NCBI GenBank assembly: GCA_012516075.1
Contig: JAAYXE010000075.1
Coordinates: 1,860 to 65,859 of the forward strand
Length of the DNA: 64,000 nucleotides
Source: Chloroflexota bacterium
GTDB lineage: Bacteria > Chloroflexota > Anaerolineae > Anaerolineales > UBA4823
Direction: 5' to 3'
Shown: piece after piece, positions 28,320 to 38,233 of the stretch
How positions within the stretch are numbered: the first letter of the stretch is position 1
Layout: every line of letters begins with the position of its first letter
The notes under the pieces: generated by a model
What the model saw: only the letters and a program-made list of their open reading frames with translations
Told to the model about the DNA's origin: nothing
Databases searched by the model: none
Translations under genes and position numbers: made by a program

Positions 28320-29642
28320 TCACGGGAGCCGGATGGACCAGATCGTAATATTGCGCGCATGCCAGTCCCCACCCGACCAGCGCTGACCCCTGAAGTGCAC
28401 GCTGGTAACCCCAGATGGAACCGGTGTCCAGTAAGAAGAGAAATGATCTTCTACATCCTTCTTCTGTGTCTGTTTTATGGCAAGCCGCCAGGTTTGCCCC
28501 TGATCGAAAGAAACTTCCAGATTTGAGCCGATCGCCGAAAAACGCAGGTAAGCACCGTCCGGCGCCGGTTTCTCAAAGACAACGGAGGGGTTTTCTGTGT
28601 CCACATAACGACGGTCGGCGTGAAGGATGGTGAACGGAACTGCGGGGCTGATCTCGACATTGTCCCAGTGCCAGGTGTTGGGCTGGCAGCTCCGGTCGCC
28701 AGGTTTTTTGCAGTCTTTATCCGGCGTGTACGAATGATGTCCGATCCGCACAACCCCCTGATCCCAGGTTAACGGCGGATCAATGGCAACGTCGAACCAG
28801 TAAAAATCATAATCCGGCAAACCAAAGCGAATACGATCACGGGAGATGTGCAGCTCAAAGGTTGTCCGCTCTGTAGGGCTGGGGGTCAGGACAGTGTCAT
28901 AAGGGATGTTGACCTGAATGTCCGGACGCCCATAATCCAGCCTCTCTTCCTTGAAGTTGCGGAAGAAAGTGGACAGGAAGTAATTCCCGCCGAACTGCAT
29001 CTCGACCAGCACAGCATCTTTCGGAGGGCCCTGCAGGTCTGGCATCCATTCCTGAGCGGGGAGCTGGAGGTTCTGACCATAGGGTGTAATCCACAGATCT
29101 ACCCAGTCCCGTAGAGAGGCGCGTTGGGTAGACATATCGAAACGGATGACCGCTTCTCCTTTCGAGAAATCCACGAGGTGGTTCGGTGTGAGATAGATTA
29201 CCCCGTAGCTTCTGTCGTTGATCGCCGTCATGACATGATCTCTGCAGTTATAGACCGTTTCTTCATAACGGCTGATTCTGTGCGTAGCCGGCGGTGGTTC
29301 ACATCCCGGGCCATGAGCGGCATCCATCGGCTCCAGACTGTAGAGGGTCTCCAGGTTGCGCGTGTGAACAGATATGTCCCAGCGCGGGGATTTAAATGTC
29401 TCCGGACTGGATGGGGCACCATCGAAAGTTTCCAGAAAATCAACCGACGGGACGGGCGTCACCTCAGGCTCCTTCGAGCCCTGGTAACGAAGGTCCAGCG
29501 GCAAATAAACCGGTGTATCATCCTGGTTTCCGGCGGCATTTGCATGAACGGGTGGAAAACCCTGCAGCAGCAGGCTGCCTAAAAACAGGCTTATAGTGCT
29601 GATGAGGGCGATTGGGTTACGGAGGATTTTCATGCTGCTCAA
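28320..29642 (-). CDS. secreted hypothetical protein (signal peptide)
   Basis: 440 aa. N-terminal signal ..LFLGSLLLQGFPPVHANA. No motif I can place. Embedded in the polysaccharide operon. Confidence 0.5.
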   Translation of the reverse strand: MSSMKILRNPIALISTISLFLGSLLLQGFPPVHANAAGNQDDTPVYLPLDLRYQGSKEPEVTPVPSVDFLETFDGAPSSPETFKSPRWDISVHTRNLETLYSLEPMDAAHGPGCEPPPATHRISRYEETVYNCRDHVMTAINDRSYGVIYLTPNHLVDFSKGEAVIRFDMSTQRASLRDWVDLWITPYGQNLQLPAQEWMPDLQGPPKDAVLVEMQFGGNYFLSTFFRNFKEERLDYGRPDIQVNIPYDTVLTPSPTERTTFELHISRDRIRFGLPDYDFYWFDVAIDPPLTWDQGVVRIGHHSYTPDKDCKKPGDRSCQPNTWHWDNVEISPAVPFTILHADRRYVDTENPSVVFEKPAPDGAYLRFSAIGSNLEVSFDQGQTWRLAIKQTQKKDVEDHFSSYWTPVPSGVTSVHFRGQRWSGGDWHARNITIWSIRLP

Positions 29643-29654
29643 TCCTTTATTTCA

Positions 29655-30860
29655 TTAGTGGCTGTTTACTGCCATAACCTCCGGATACAGGCCCATCTGC
29701 TGCAGCGCCTGCCGGACCTCGGTACAGTAGACCGGGTTCATGACAATGACCACATCCGGCCGGTATGCCAGTAAAAACTGCGGAGACTGAATTTCCTGGC
29801 CGGTTCCGGCAATGAAGGAACCGGTTTTATGTGGATTAATGTCAATGGCGTATGCGATTTCACCGGTGGTGATCCCCAGGGTTGTCAGGAAAGCGACGGC
29901 TTTGGACCCTCCACCCCACAGGACAACCTTTTTCCCCGCCCCTGTAAACCCGGCGATTTTCTGGCGCCAGGCTGCCAGCCGGTGGGGATATTGAGCGGAG
30001 AAATGATCGATTTCCTGCGCCAGCTCACTCATATCGTCCGGGAGTGCGAACAGGTTTTGAGGGCGCTCTGAAACCGGACGGGCGGCGATCATCAGATACT
30101 GGTCATCGTAATCTTTCCACAGGTCGATGACCTCGAAACCCGAGCGGGCGAATAAACGCGCCAGAGAGCCCAGGCTGAAGTAAGAGCAGTGCTCGTAGTA
30201 GATGTCCCAGAAAGCAATTTCCCCAAAAACGTAGCGGGCATTCGGGACCTGAAAGAAGATCGTCGCCTGCAGATTCTGTTCAACAGACCTGCGCACCATG
30301 CCGACAAAATCAGCAACCTGGGGAATGTGCTCCAGAGTCATTTTGCAGCACACGAAATCCCCGCCGGTAGAAACGTATTTCTCGGAATAGAAATCCTGGA
30401 TAAAGGAAACGCGTTCGTTCTGACCGACAGGGCTGCGTTCGGGCACATAAGCCGGGTCAAATCCAATGCCGGTATTTCCCCCCAGCTCGCACAGCAAAGA
30501 AAGGAACTCACCCTGACCACACCCGATCTCAATAATCCGCTTTCCATGCAGATCGAAGCGGTCGATCAATGTTTGAGCCAGGTTTTTATGGAAAGCGTTG
30601 AAGGTGGGCGAGTATCCCTGCGTGGCCTCGTAGCGGGATGAGTACTCGTGCACACCCGGGTCGAAGGCTGTATTGAAAATGAAACCGCAGCCCTGACAGA
30701 ATCCCAGGCGGATATCTCCCCGCGGATAGTTTTCCGCCTCTGAGCGGCTGTTGAGAAGCAGCACACTGTGCACGGGAACCTGCCGGATTTCATAAAAGAT
30801 TTTGATATCTATTGAGCCGCAGCCCGGACATGAGATTTTTGAAGTGTGCGAGTGAAGCAT
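29655..30860 (-). CDS. class I SAM-dependent methyltransferase with N-terminal Zn-ribbon and C-methyltransferase-type C-terminal domain (TylCIII-like architecture)
   Basis: 401 aa. CPGCGS...CQGCGF Zn-ribbon. SAM motif IIEIGCGQGEFL. Rossmann-like C-terminal VVLWGGGSKAV. Paralogous architecture to 34630..35862. Confidence 0.65.
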   Translation of the reverse strand: MLHSHTSKISCPGCGSIDIKIFYEIRQVPVHSVLLLNSRSEAENYPRGDIRLGFCQGCGFIFNTAFDPGVHEYSSRYEATQGYSPTFNAFHKNLAQTLIDRFDLHGKRIIEIGCGQGEFLSLLCELGGNTGIGFDPAYVPERSPVGQNERVSFIQDFYSEKYVSTGGDFVCCKMTLEHIPQVADFVGMVRRSVEQNLQATIFFQVPNARYVFGEIAFWDIYYEHCSYFSLGSLARLFARSGFEVIDLWKDYDDQYLMIAARPVSERPQNLFALPDDMSELAQEIDHFSAQYPHRLAAWRQKIAGFTGAGKKVVLWGGGSKAVAFLTTLGITTGEIAYAIDINPHKTGSFIAGTGQEIQSPQFLLAYRPDVVIVMNPVYCTEVRQALQQMGLYPEVMAVNSH

Positions 30861-30925
30861 ATTTTTATCCAGTGAGTAACTAATCGATCCGGCCAGTACG
30901 GTGAGCGCTGGCGATCATGCAAGCG

Positions 30926-32521
30926 TCAGACAGCGGACCTGCCCACTGTGTTCTGAAGGACGATATCGTGCCCAGATTTTGGGGCAAACCATGCTGCGAT
31001 CCGCAGAAACAACAGACTGAAGATGATGTCGAGAAGCACCCTGCCAGGTTCCTGGCCGCCGAACAGCAGAGCCGCTCCGTACAGGAGTGTTGAAATCAGG
31101 GCACAGGTCGCAGTCCAGTTCACCTTCACCCCGCTCAAGATCGCCCGTCTGCGCGCTGCAGTGGATATAAAACCGGCGGGTAAGAACAGGAGCCCGGCGT
31201 AGAGCAGCCGGTAGATGTAAACTGCCTGCGAGTTCAGACGCACACGAGTGACACCGGCCGGGGGGAAAATCCAGAAAAAGTTCACCTGGGGGATGGATGC
31301 GAAAGCATATGCGTTGTGCGGGCCATCCAGGTAAACGCGCAGGTCATTTCCATTGAAGGCGATCAGGATCCGGCGCGGGGTCGAGCTGGAGAACACCCCG
31401 GGGACGATATACTCCGGTCTACTTCCGTTTTCCCCGCTGAGGCCGTTTCGCAGGCGGATCACCAGATCTGCCCCTTCCTGACCTGCGGTGAAATTGCGCT
31501 GGTAAGGGCTGGCCGACAGGGACAGGATGCGCGCCGGTCCCCATTGCTCCGCAGCAGCAGATGTCAGGGTGATACCGATCGTAAAAGCTGAGGTCTCGAT
31601 GATACGGGATGAGGCCGGCAGCGCGGCCGGATCGATCTCCAGCCAGGCGTCACCCGCAGTATGGAGTCCGTATTCGCCAAGCTGCGGGCTTCCGTGCAGG
31701 ATCCAGCCTCCCTGTGCTGTACCGTCAGTAAATGTGGTGAAAGCAAGATTGGCAATCAGAGAGGAGCCGGAAAACACATCCCGGTCCGGGTCCGAAAAAT
31801 AAGCCTTAACCTCGCTTTCCTTCAGCGCCCGGGCAGCGATCCAGATTTCTGAAACAACCCCCTGCCAGGGCCTGTCCCCCGTTTGTTCATTGCCGACCAG
31901 CAGGGGATAAGCCGGATCCCACGATTTCAGGCTGGACCGGTCAGCCAGTGTAAGGGTAAGGATAGGGATGAACCCCGTCCACAAAACCAGGAGAGCCGCA
32001 AACCCTGCAGCAGGGATCTGCCGGAAAATTTTGCCGGTCCAATTGAAAGCCCATTCGAGCAGACGCTCCCCCAATAAACGATAGATCAATAACCCTGCGC
32101 CGGCCCCTGCAGCGTTGGCAGCCAGATCCATCCAGGCCGAGAAGCGCAGCAGATAAAACTGCAGCAGTTCAACCGAAAACGAAAGCAGAAAACCGGCAGC
32201 CAGCACGACACAGCTGGCCAGTCCGCGCCGGACAGTCAGGCGGTCCAGCAGCAGAGCACAGAAAAAACCAAAAGGTATGAATAAAAGGATATTCCCCGGT
32301 ATGTCCTGGATAACGTAAGGCGCTGTAATTTCGGAATTAAAATGCTGAACCGCCTCGACCGGATGGGGAGCATCCGCAAACACGAAATCGAACGGGAACA
32401 GTGTCAGGTAAAGGATCAGTGCAGCATTCGCCAGGAGGAAAAACCAGAAAATGCCGTGCTTAGCCCCTTCCTGCTCATATCCACTGCGAGGACGGGTTTG
32501 GAGCGGCCTTTCCACAATCAT
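30926..32521 (-). CDS. membrane protein: VanZ-like N-terminal domain + LamG/concanavalin-like domain + C-terminal TM segments
   Basis: 531 aa. VanZ-like TM bundle (..LTLFPFDF..). LamG_3-type motif GDRPWQGVVSEIWIAARALKESEVKAYF. More TM helices at the C-terminus. Confidence 0.5.
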   Translation of the reverse strand: MIVERPLQTRPRSGYEQEGAKHGIFWFFLLANAALILYLTLFPFDFVFADAPHPVEAVQHFNSEITAPYVIQDIPGNILLFIPFGFFCALLLDRLTVRRGLASCVVLAAGFLLSFSVELLQFYLLRFSAWMDLAANAAGAGAGLLIYRLLGERLLEWAFNWTGKIFRQIPAAGFAALLVLWTGFIPILTLTLADRSSLKSWDPAYPLLVGNEQTGDRPWQGVVSEIWIAARALKESEVKAYFSDPDRDVFSGSSLIANLAFTTFTDGTAQGGWILHGSPQLGEYGLHTAGDAWLEIDPAALPASSRIIETSAFTIGITLTSAAAEQWGPARILSLSASPYQRNFTAGQEGADLVIRLRNGLSGENGSRPEYIVPGVFSSSTPRRILIAFNGNDLRVYLDGPHNAYAFASIPQVNFFWIFPPAGVTRVRLNSQAVYIYRLLYAGLLFLPAGFISTAARRRAILSGVKVNWTATCALISTLLYGAALLFGGQEPGRVLLDIIFSLLFLRIAAWFAPKSGHDIVLQNTVGRSAV

Positions 32522-32548
32522 GCCAGGAGCCCGGCTCTTTTCACAGCC

Positions 32549-33514
32549 TTAAACCTGACCTCTCTCGAACGGTTTTTCCGTGCTGGTCTGCAGCCCACCT
32601 CTCAACCGGTAGGACAGGTCTTTCGCGGCAACAATCAGATCACTGATCAGATGGCGCGCATTCTTTCTGATCCAGATCAACATATAGAAGTGCCCGAGTA
32701 AACGGGTTTTCAAATCCAGCGGGTACATCCACAGGCTGGTGAGGAACTCCTTGAACATTCGCCAGTACGGGAAGATGATTTTTCCGGCTTTCGTGGGGTC
32801 AAACCAGACGGTGTACAGATGATAGTTGTTGCCGCCGCTTTCGCTCAGTCCGAACATACGATTAGACTGCTTTGCATGCCTGCGGGAAAAGAAAAGGACT
32901 TCCGGAATTTCCTCAAATCGCCCCAGCAAACCCAGCCTGGCCAGGAGAACACCATCCGCATGACCATAATTCCCCATTACGGGCGTTTGCTTTAATGCGC
33001 TTGTGCGGATCAATCCAAAGATCTCAAAGCACATGCTCCAGTCCAGCAGCAGTGAGCGAAACCGGACGGCAGGTGAAGGCGAATCGGTGGGAAGTTTTAA
33101 CGTGTAATCAAGAATGTGGTTGCGTTTTTCATCCACGATCGTAACCCGTGGATAGCTCAGCACGACCGAAGGATCCTGATCCAGAACCTCTACGGCCCGG
33201 GCGAGGTATTCGGGGGCAATATAATCATCATGCGCTGCCCATTTAAAATATTCCCCCCTTGCGAGTTCAAAGACGCGGTTAAAGTTCCAGGCAGAGCCTT
33301 TATTTACCTCACTGCGGTAATAGCGAATGCGCCCGTCCTTCGCCGCGTATGCTTCACAAATCTCCTGCGTGCGGTCCGTTGAGGCATTATCCGAGATGAT
33401 CAGTTCAAAATCCTCGAAGGTCTGGACCAGAATTGAATCAATCGCCTCCGCAAGGTAGTTCTCCCCGTTGTACACAGGTAATCCGATACTTACTCTGGGA
33501 TTCTTTTCAGGCAT
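32549..33514 (-). CDS. glycosyltransferase family 2
   Basis: 321 aa. VSIGLPVYNGENYLAEAIDSILVQTFEDFELIISDNASTDRT, AAHDD. Confidence 0.85.
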   Translation of the reverse strand: MPEKNPRVSIGLPVYNGENYLAEAIDSILVQTFEDFELIISDNASTDRTQEICEAYAAKDGRIRYYRSEVNKGSAWNFNRVFELARGEYFKWAAHDDYIAPEYLARAVEVLDQDPSVVLSYPRVTIVDEKRNHILDYTLKLPTDSPSPAVRFRSLLLDWSMCFEIFGLIRTSALKQTPVMGNYGHADGVLLARLGLLGRFEEIPEVLFFSRRHAKQSNRMFGLSESGGNNYHLYTVWFDPTKAGKIIFPYWRMFKEFLTSLWMYPLDLKTRLLGHFYMLIWIRKNARHLISDLIVAAKDLSYRLRGGLQTSTEKPFERGQV

Positions 33515-33601
33515 TTAAGTCCTCCTATGAAAGATCGTTGTACTGCCTTTGGCTCCATATCTGACTTTAAGCAGATAGGGGTGGATGATTTGATGAAATG
33601 G

Positions 33602-34558
33602 TTACTGGCCGCTCACTGCTGAAGCGTTATCTCTATAAGTGATGGTCCTGCAGTCGAGCGGCATCCGCAGTCCCCGGAAAAATCCTTCCCAGAAGTAGAA
33701 GAATTTTTTCAATCCAGACGGGCGCTTAAATTGAAAGATGAGCGCCAGTGGTTGGAGTAATCCAACCCAGAAGGCTTCATATAACGCGACAACTGCGAAA
33801 TCAATGCGGCCGCAGCGCAGCGGCTTTACGTACGCAGCGCCAATTCCGAACCAGTTTCTTCGGGTTAATTCTTTACCTTCCTGCCAGGTCCGGAATCCAT
33901 CATGTACGATCGCTACGCGATTGGTCTCAAAGATCTGCCAGCCCTGCAGCAGTAATCGAACCGCGATATCCCCTTCTTCGCAGGCCTGAAAAATCGAACC
34001 CGGGCCCAGGCATACATCAAACCCCCCAATCTGCCTGGCAGCATTTTTCCTTAATGCCATACCAGCGCCGATGCCGCGCGCGGTGCATTTGTCGATTAGA
34101 TTTTTGACCAGCTTTTCATCCCTGCGGTCATATGTGGGTATGAAGCCCAGTTCAGAATCATGAGGTGCTGCTTTAACATTACAAAAAACAACTGCAACCC
34201 GTTCGTGCTGGAGAAACACAGTGCTGATGGTGCTGATCCAGTTTTCCGGCACGATGCAATCATCGTCGGTGTAGAGGACAAATTCTCCCTTCGCCGCGGC
34301 CAGGCCGATGTTCCTGGCATGGCCGGCGCCCTTCGTTGCAGTGTGCTTATACCGGAAGCGGGGATCCCGAAAAAATTTCGAGACCGCCGCTTCCGTATCG
34401 GGCTCGCTGCTCTGGTCTACCAGGATGACCTCGAAGCAGGGGTAGTCATTCGCCAGTATGGACTCCAGCGTCGCCACTACACGGTCGCCCCGGTTGCGGG
34501 TGCAAACAACAGCCGAGACTAAGGGTGGATCATTGCTGGGGCTGGGTAGTGGATCCAT
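33602..34558 (-). CDS. glycosyltransferase family 2
   Basis: 318 aa. VSAVVCTRNRGDRVVATLESILANDYPCFEVILVDQSS, YTDDDC. Confidence 0.8.
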   Translation of the reverse strand: MDPLPSPSNDPPLVSAVVCTRNRGDRVVATLESILANDYPCFEVILVDQSSEPDTEAAVSKFFRDPRFRYKHTATKGAGHARNIGLAAAKGEFVLYTDDDCIVPENWISTISTVFLQHERVAVVFCNVKAAPHDSELGFIPTYDRRDEKLVKNLIDKCTARGIGAGMALRKNAARQIGGFDVCLGPGSIFQACEEGDIAVRLLLQGWQIFETNRVAIVHDGFRTWQEGKELTRRNWFGIGAAYVKPLRCGRIDFAVVALYEAFWVGLLQPLALIFQFKRPSGLKKFFYFWEGFFRGLRMPLDCRTITYRDNASAVSGQ

Positions 34559-34629
34559 TAAGTGCAGCGCCTTTGCTTATCCAGAAATGCCTTTTCATAC
34601 CAACCGGGGCTGTGCTGGGTCTCAGCCTG

Positions 34630-35862
34630 TCAGATCACAGTCAATTCAGGGATGGGGACGATAAACCGGCCGCCCATCTGACGGTAATTCTCCTGCTGGC
34701 GTACAATCTCATCTTTGAAATTCCAGGCCAGCAGCAGAACAAAATCCGGACGGTCGGCGACCAGCTTTTCGACCGGATAAATCTTGAGGTGATTGCCACC
34801 CATATAACGCCCGTGCTTATAGGGGTTCAGATCGACCACATATTCAACCCATTCCTGTCCGATTCCGCAGTATGCCAGCAGTGTAGTGGCCTTGGCGGCT
34901 GCGCCGTAAGCCGCCGTCCGGCAGCCCTGGCGCTTCAGGTCAGCCAGAAAGGCGCGCAAATCGCGCCGGATCTTCTGCACCCGCTCTGCAAACCCCAGGT
35001 AAAAGTCGACACGGTCCACCTGCCGCTGCGCTTCCATCTGCAGCAGGTCCTTCACCCCGGGGCCGGGATTTTCAACCGGCTCGACGAACAGGCGCAACGA
35101 ACCGCCGTGGATTGCTACCCGCCGTACGTCATTGATGTACAGCCCGTGACGCCGGAATAGCCGGTCCAGCGCGGTCACCGAGAAATAGCACAGGTGCTGG
35201 TGGTAGATGGTGTCGAACTCCCCGTGATCCACTAAATCCACCACATACGGCGCTTCAATAACGGCGACACCGGTTTCCTTGAGGATTGTCTTGATCCCGG
35301 TGGCAAACCCGTTCAGGTCAGGCACGTGGGCCAGCACATTATTGGCCAGAAACACATCTGCCCGTTTGCCCTCCTGAACCAGTGCTTCGGCAAGCCCGGC
35401 ATTAAAGAAGGTGACCAGCGTAGGGATACCCGCACCCAGCGCAACCTGGGCAGGGGCCCTGGCCGGGTCAATGCCCAGAACCGGGATGCCGCGCTCGACG
35501 AAGTTCTTCAGCATGTAACCGTCATTGCTGGCAGCTTCAACGACCAGGCTGTTCTTATCCAGCTTCCTGCTGTTCATGATCTCCAGCGCACTGGTGCGGA
35601 AGTGGTGCAGCAGCGAGGGAGAAACCGAGGAGAAGTAAGGATACTCTGCGTAAAAAAGGATTTCCGGATCTACGGTTTCCCGGATTTGCACCAGTGCGCA
35701 GTCCTGGCAGAAAACCAGGGTCAGGGGCGCTTTGTATTCGGGCTGGTCGAGCTGTGCTTCGGTCAGCAGCCGGTCGGCCAGCGGGGTCTCACCGAACTCC
35801 AGGATGGTTTCCAGCCGGGTTGAGCCGCAGGAGCGGCAGCATTCTTCGTTGCGGTAAATCAT
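34630..35862 (-). CDS. NDP-hexose C-methyltransferase-like SAM methyltransferase (TylCIII-like)
   Basis: ORF 34630..35898. I prefer the ATG at 35862 (MIYRNEECCRSCGSTRLETILEFGETPLADRL...), preceded by aaaggtggg. Zn-ribbon CxxC...CxxC, class I MTase core and C-methyltransferase C-terminal domain. Confidence 0.7.
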   Translation of the reverse strand: MIYRNEECCRSCGSTRLETILEFGETPLADRLLTEAQLDQPEYKAPLTLVFCQDCALVQIRETVDPEILFYAEYPYFSSVSPSLLHHFRTSALEIMNSRKLDKNSLVVEAASNDGYMLKNFVERGIPVLGIDPARAPAQVALGAGIPTLVTFFNAGLAEALVQEGKRADVFLANNVLAHVPDLNGFATGIKTILKETGVAVIEAPYVVDLVDHGEFDTIYHQHLCYFSVTALDRLFRRHGLYINDVRRVAIHGGSLRLFVEPVENPGPGVKDLLQMEAQRQVDRVDFYLGFAERVQKIRRDLRAFLADLKRQGCRTAAYGAAAKATTLLAYCGIGQEWVEYVVDLNPYKHGRYMGGNHLKIYPVEKLVADRPDFVLLLAWNFKDEIVRQQENYRQMGGRFIVPIPELTVI

Positions 35863-35945
35863 TGTTCCCACCTTTATTCTGTCCTGCCAGGGCTGCATAC
35901 ACCTGTCGGTTGACAGCCCTGGACGGGACTGACCTAAATGCAGGT

Positions 35946-36989
35946 TCAGGCGGCCACCGGCTGGCGCCAGCGCAGGCTCTCATCCAGGCGGCCGCTGGCG
36001 ATCAGTTCCTTGATGTGGTTAATCCGGCGGTAGCGGGGACCTTCAAACTCCTCCACCGCCAGCCCTACTTTGCGATATGCCTCGTACAGTTCCTGAACCC
36101 CTTTACGAACGGTCCACTGGGGTTGATAGCCGGGCAGCGTGGTCTCGATTTTCTCGCAGCTCACCCGGTAATTGCGTTTGTCCGGGCCGGCGTCCGCCGC
36201 AAATTCAATCCTGCTGCCCGGGACAAGCTCGGCCACAATTTCCGCCAGTTCACGGATGCGGTAATTTTCAGAAGTCCTGCCCACGTTGAATGCCTGGTTG
36301 TGGATGAGCTCACGCGGAGCCTCCAGCGCGGCAAGAAATGCCCGTGACATATCCTCGATGTGAACGACGGGACGCCAGGGTGAACCGTCGCTTTTCAGGT
36401 AAACCAGTCCGGTCGTAAATGCCCAGGCGGTGAGGTTGTTGAGCACCAGGTCGAAGCGCAGCCGGGGCGAAACCCCATAGGCTGTGGCGCTGCGCAAAAA
36501 GACCGGACTGAAGTGGTCGCTGGCCAGCTGCGTGACGTCCTTTTCCACCATGACTTTGGAAACGCCGTAAGGGGTGACCGGGTTGAAAGGAGAGCTTTCA
36601 TCCAGCCAATCCTGGCCGCCTGCACCGTAGTTGCTGCATGAGGAAGCAAAGATAAAACGCTTCACGCCGGCCTCTCTGGCAAGACGGGCCAGCCGTACCG
36701 AGGCGCGATGGTTGATTTCGAAGGTCAGTTCCGGATTGAGGTCGCCAAGGGGATCATTCGACAGGCCGGCCAGGTGAATCACCGCATCCATCCCGTCCAG
36801 ATCTGAAATTTCGACATCGCGAACGTCTTTTTTGATTTCTGGAACCTGCGCCAGTTCTGACACGTCGCCATAGGTTGAACCGGCGTATAAATTGGTATCC
36901 AGGCCGACGACCTCGTGGCCGGCTTTCAATAACATGGGAACCATTACGGTGCCCACATACCCGTTATGTCCGGTGACCAGTACTCGCAT
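35946..36989 (-). CDS. NAD-dependent epimerase/dehydratase (extended SDR)
   Basis: ORF 35946..37007. The probable start at 36989 (MRVLVTGHNGYVG) has an AAGGA upstream. Catalytic YGVSK. Not the canonical RfbG N-terminus. Confidence 0.8.
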   Translation of the reverse strand: MRVLVTGHNGYVGTVMVPMLLKAGHEVVGLDTNLYAGSTYGDVSELAQVPEIKKDVRDVEISDLDGMDAVIHLAGLSNDPLGDLNPELTFEINHRASVRLARLAREAGVKRFIFASSCSNYGAGGQDWLDESSPFNPVTPYGVSKVMVEKDVTQLASDHFSPVFLRSATAYGVSPRLRFDLVLNNLTAWAFTTGLVYLKSDGSPWRPVVHIEDMSRAFLAALEAPRELIHNQAFNVGRTSENYRIRELAEIVAELVPGSRIEFAADAGPDKRNYRVSCEKIETTLPGYQPQWTVRKGVQELYEAYRKVGLAVEEFEGPRYRRINHIKELIASGRLDESLRWRQPVAA

Positions 36990-37003
36990 GATATTTTTTC
37001 CTT

Positions 37004-37774
37004 TCAATCCCAGATTTTCCAGGGAGCGTTTCCCGATTCCCAGAGTTTGTTTAAGATTTGTTTTTCACGCAGGGTGTCCATGCACTGCCAGAACCCCTCG
37101 TGCCGGTAGGCCATCAACTGACCATCGGCGGCCAGGCGCTCCAGTGGTTCTTTCTCCCACACGGTTTCATCGCCGTCGATGTAGTCAAAAATTCCGGGTT
37201 CCAGGACGAAAAATGCCCCGTTGATCCAGCCCTCACCGATCTGCGGTTTCTCAGTAAATTCAGCCACGCGATCGCCATCGAAGACCAGGTGGCCGTAGCG
37301 AGCCGGAGGGCGAACGGCTGTCAGGGTAGCCAGCTTCCCGTGTGAACGGTGGAAGTCCAGCAGCTTGTGAAGGTTGACCGTCGAAACGCCATCCCCCCAG
37401 GTGAGCATAAAGGTTTCGTTGCACAGGTACGGCTGCAGGCGTTTGATTCGACCGCCGGTCATCGTGTGCAGGCCGGTGTCCACCAGGTCCACCACCCAGT
37501 CCTGAACATCGCCGCCGTGGTTGTAAACCCGGCCGTTCCTCAAATCCACCCGCAGATTGCTGTTAAAGGAGAAGTAATCAACCATATAACGCTTGATCAC
37601 TTCACCTTTGTAACCCAGGGCAATCACGAATTCCTTGAAACCGTAGCAGGAATAGTGCATCATGATATGCCAGAGAATAGGCTTGCCCCCGATTTCAACC
37701 ATGGGTTTCGGCCTGATCTCGGTTTCCTCCGCCAGTCGGGAACCGGCACCACCTGCCAGAATAGCTACTTTCAT
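37004..37774 (-). CDS. rfbF: glucose-1-phosphate cytidylyltransferase
   Basis: ORF 37004..37801. The ATG at 37774 is preceded by caaggaggg. MKVAILAGGAGSRLAEETEIRPKPMVEIGGKPILWHIMMHYSCYGFKEFVIALGYKG is the RfbF signature. Confidence 0.9.
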   Translation of the reverse strand: MKVAILAGGAGSRLAEETEIRPKPMVEIGGKPILWHIMMHYSCYGFKEFVIALGYKGEVIKRYMVDYFSFNSNLRVDLRNGRVYNHGGDVQDWVVDLVDTGLHTMTGGRIKRLQPYLCNETFMLTWGDGVSTVNLHKLLDFHRSHGKLATLTAVRPPARYGHLVFDGDRVAEFTEKPQIGEGWINGAFFVLEPGIFDYIDGDETVWEKEPLERLAADGQLMAYRHEGFWQCMDTLREKQILNKLWESGNAPWKIWD

Positions 37775-37804
37775 AAACCCTCCTTGTTTGAGTTCATCCA
37801 TGCT

Positions 37805-38224
37805 TCAGAGGTTTTCCACACAGGATCCGTTACGAGGTATATCCGAGCTGCTTTTTTCATCCTGATCCAGACAGCTCGAAACCAGCTTTTTCAACTCAGA
37901 TGAGCTGAACGGGTGCGTCAAAAAGCCGCAAGCCCCACGCATCTGGACTTCTCTGTGAATTCTTTCCTGGCCGCTGGCCGTGATCAAAATCACAGGGAGA
38001 TCTTTAAAGCGCTTATCAGCGCGCACTTTGTCCAGCAGGCCCAGGCCATCCAGATATGGCATGTTGATATCGCTGATCAACAGGTCAACCCTGTTTTTCT
38101 CGAGATAGGCAACTGCTTCGACCCCATTGCGTGCTGCGGCGATCACGTGGCGCTCGGACCGCAAAATCAGTTCAATCAACCGGTGCGTCAGGTAGGAATC
38201 GTCTACTACAAGAATGTTTGCCAT
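37805..38224 (-). CDS. stand-alone CheY-like receiver (REC) protein
   Basis: 139 aa. ILVVDDS...DLLISDINMPYLDG...ILITA...HPF. Confidence 0.85.
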   Translation of the reverse strand: MANILVVDDSYLTHRLIELILRSERHVIAAARNGVEAVAYLEKNRVDLLISDINMPYLDGLGLLDKVRADKRFKDLPVILITASGQERIHREVQMRGACGFLTHPFSSSELKKLVSSCLDQDEKSSSDIPRNGSCVENL

Positions 38225-38233
38225 GCAGAGCCC

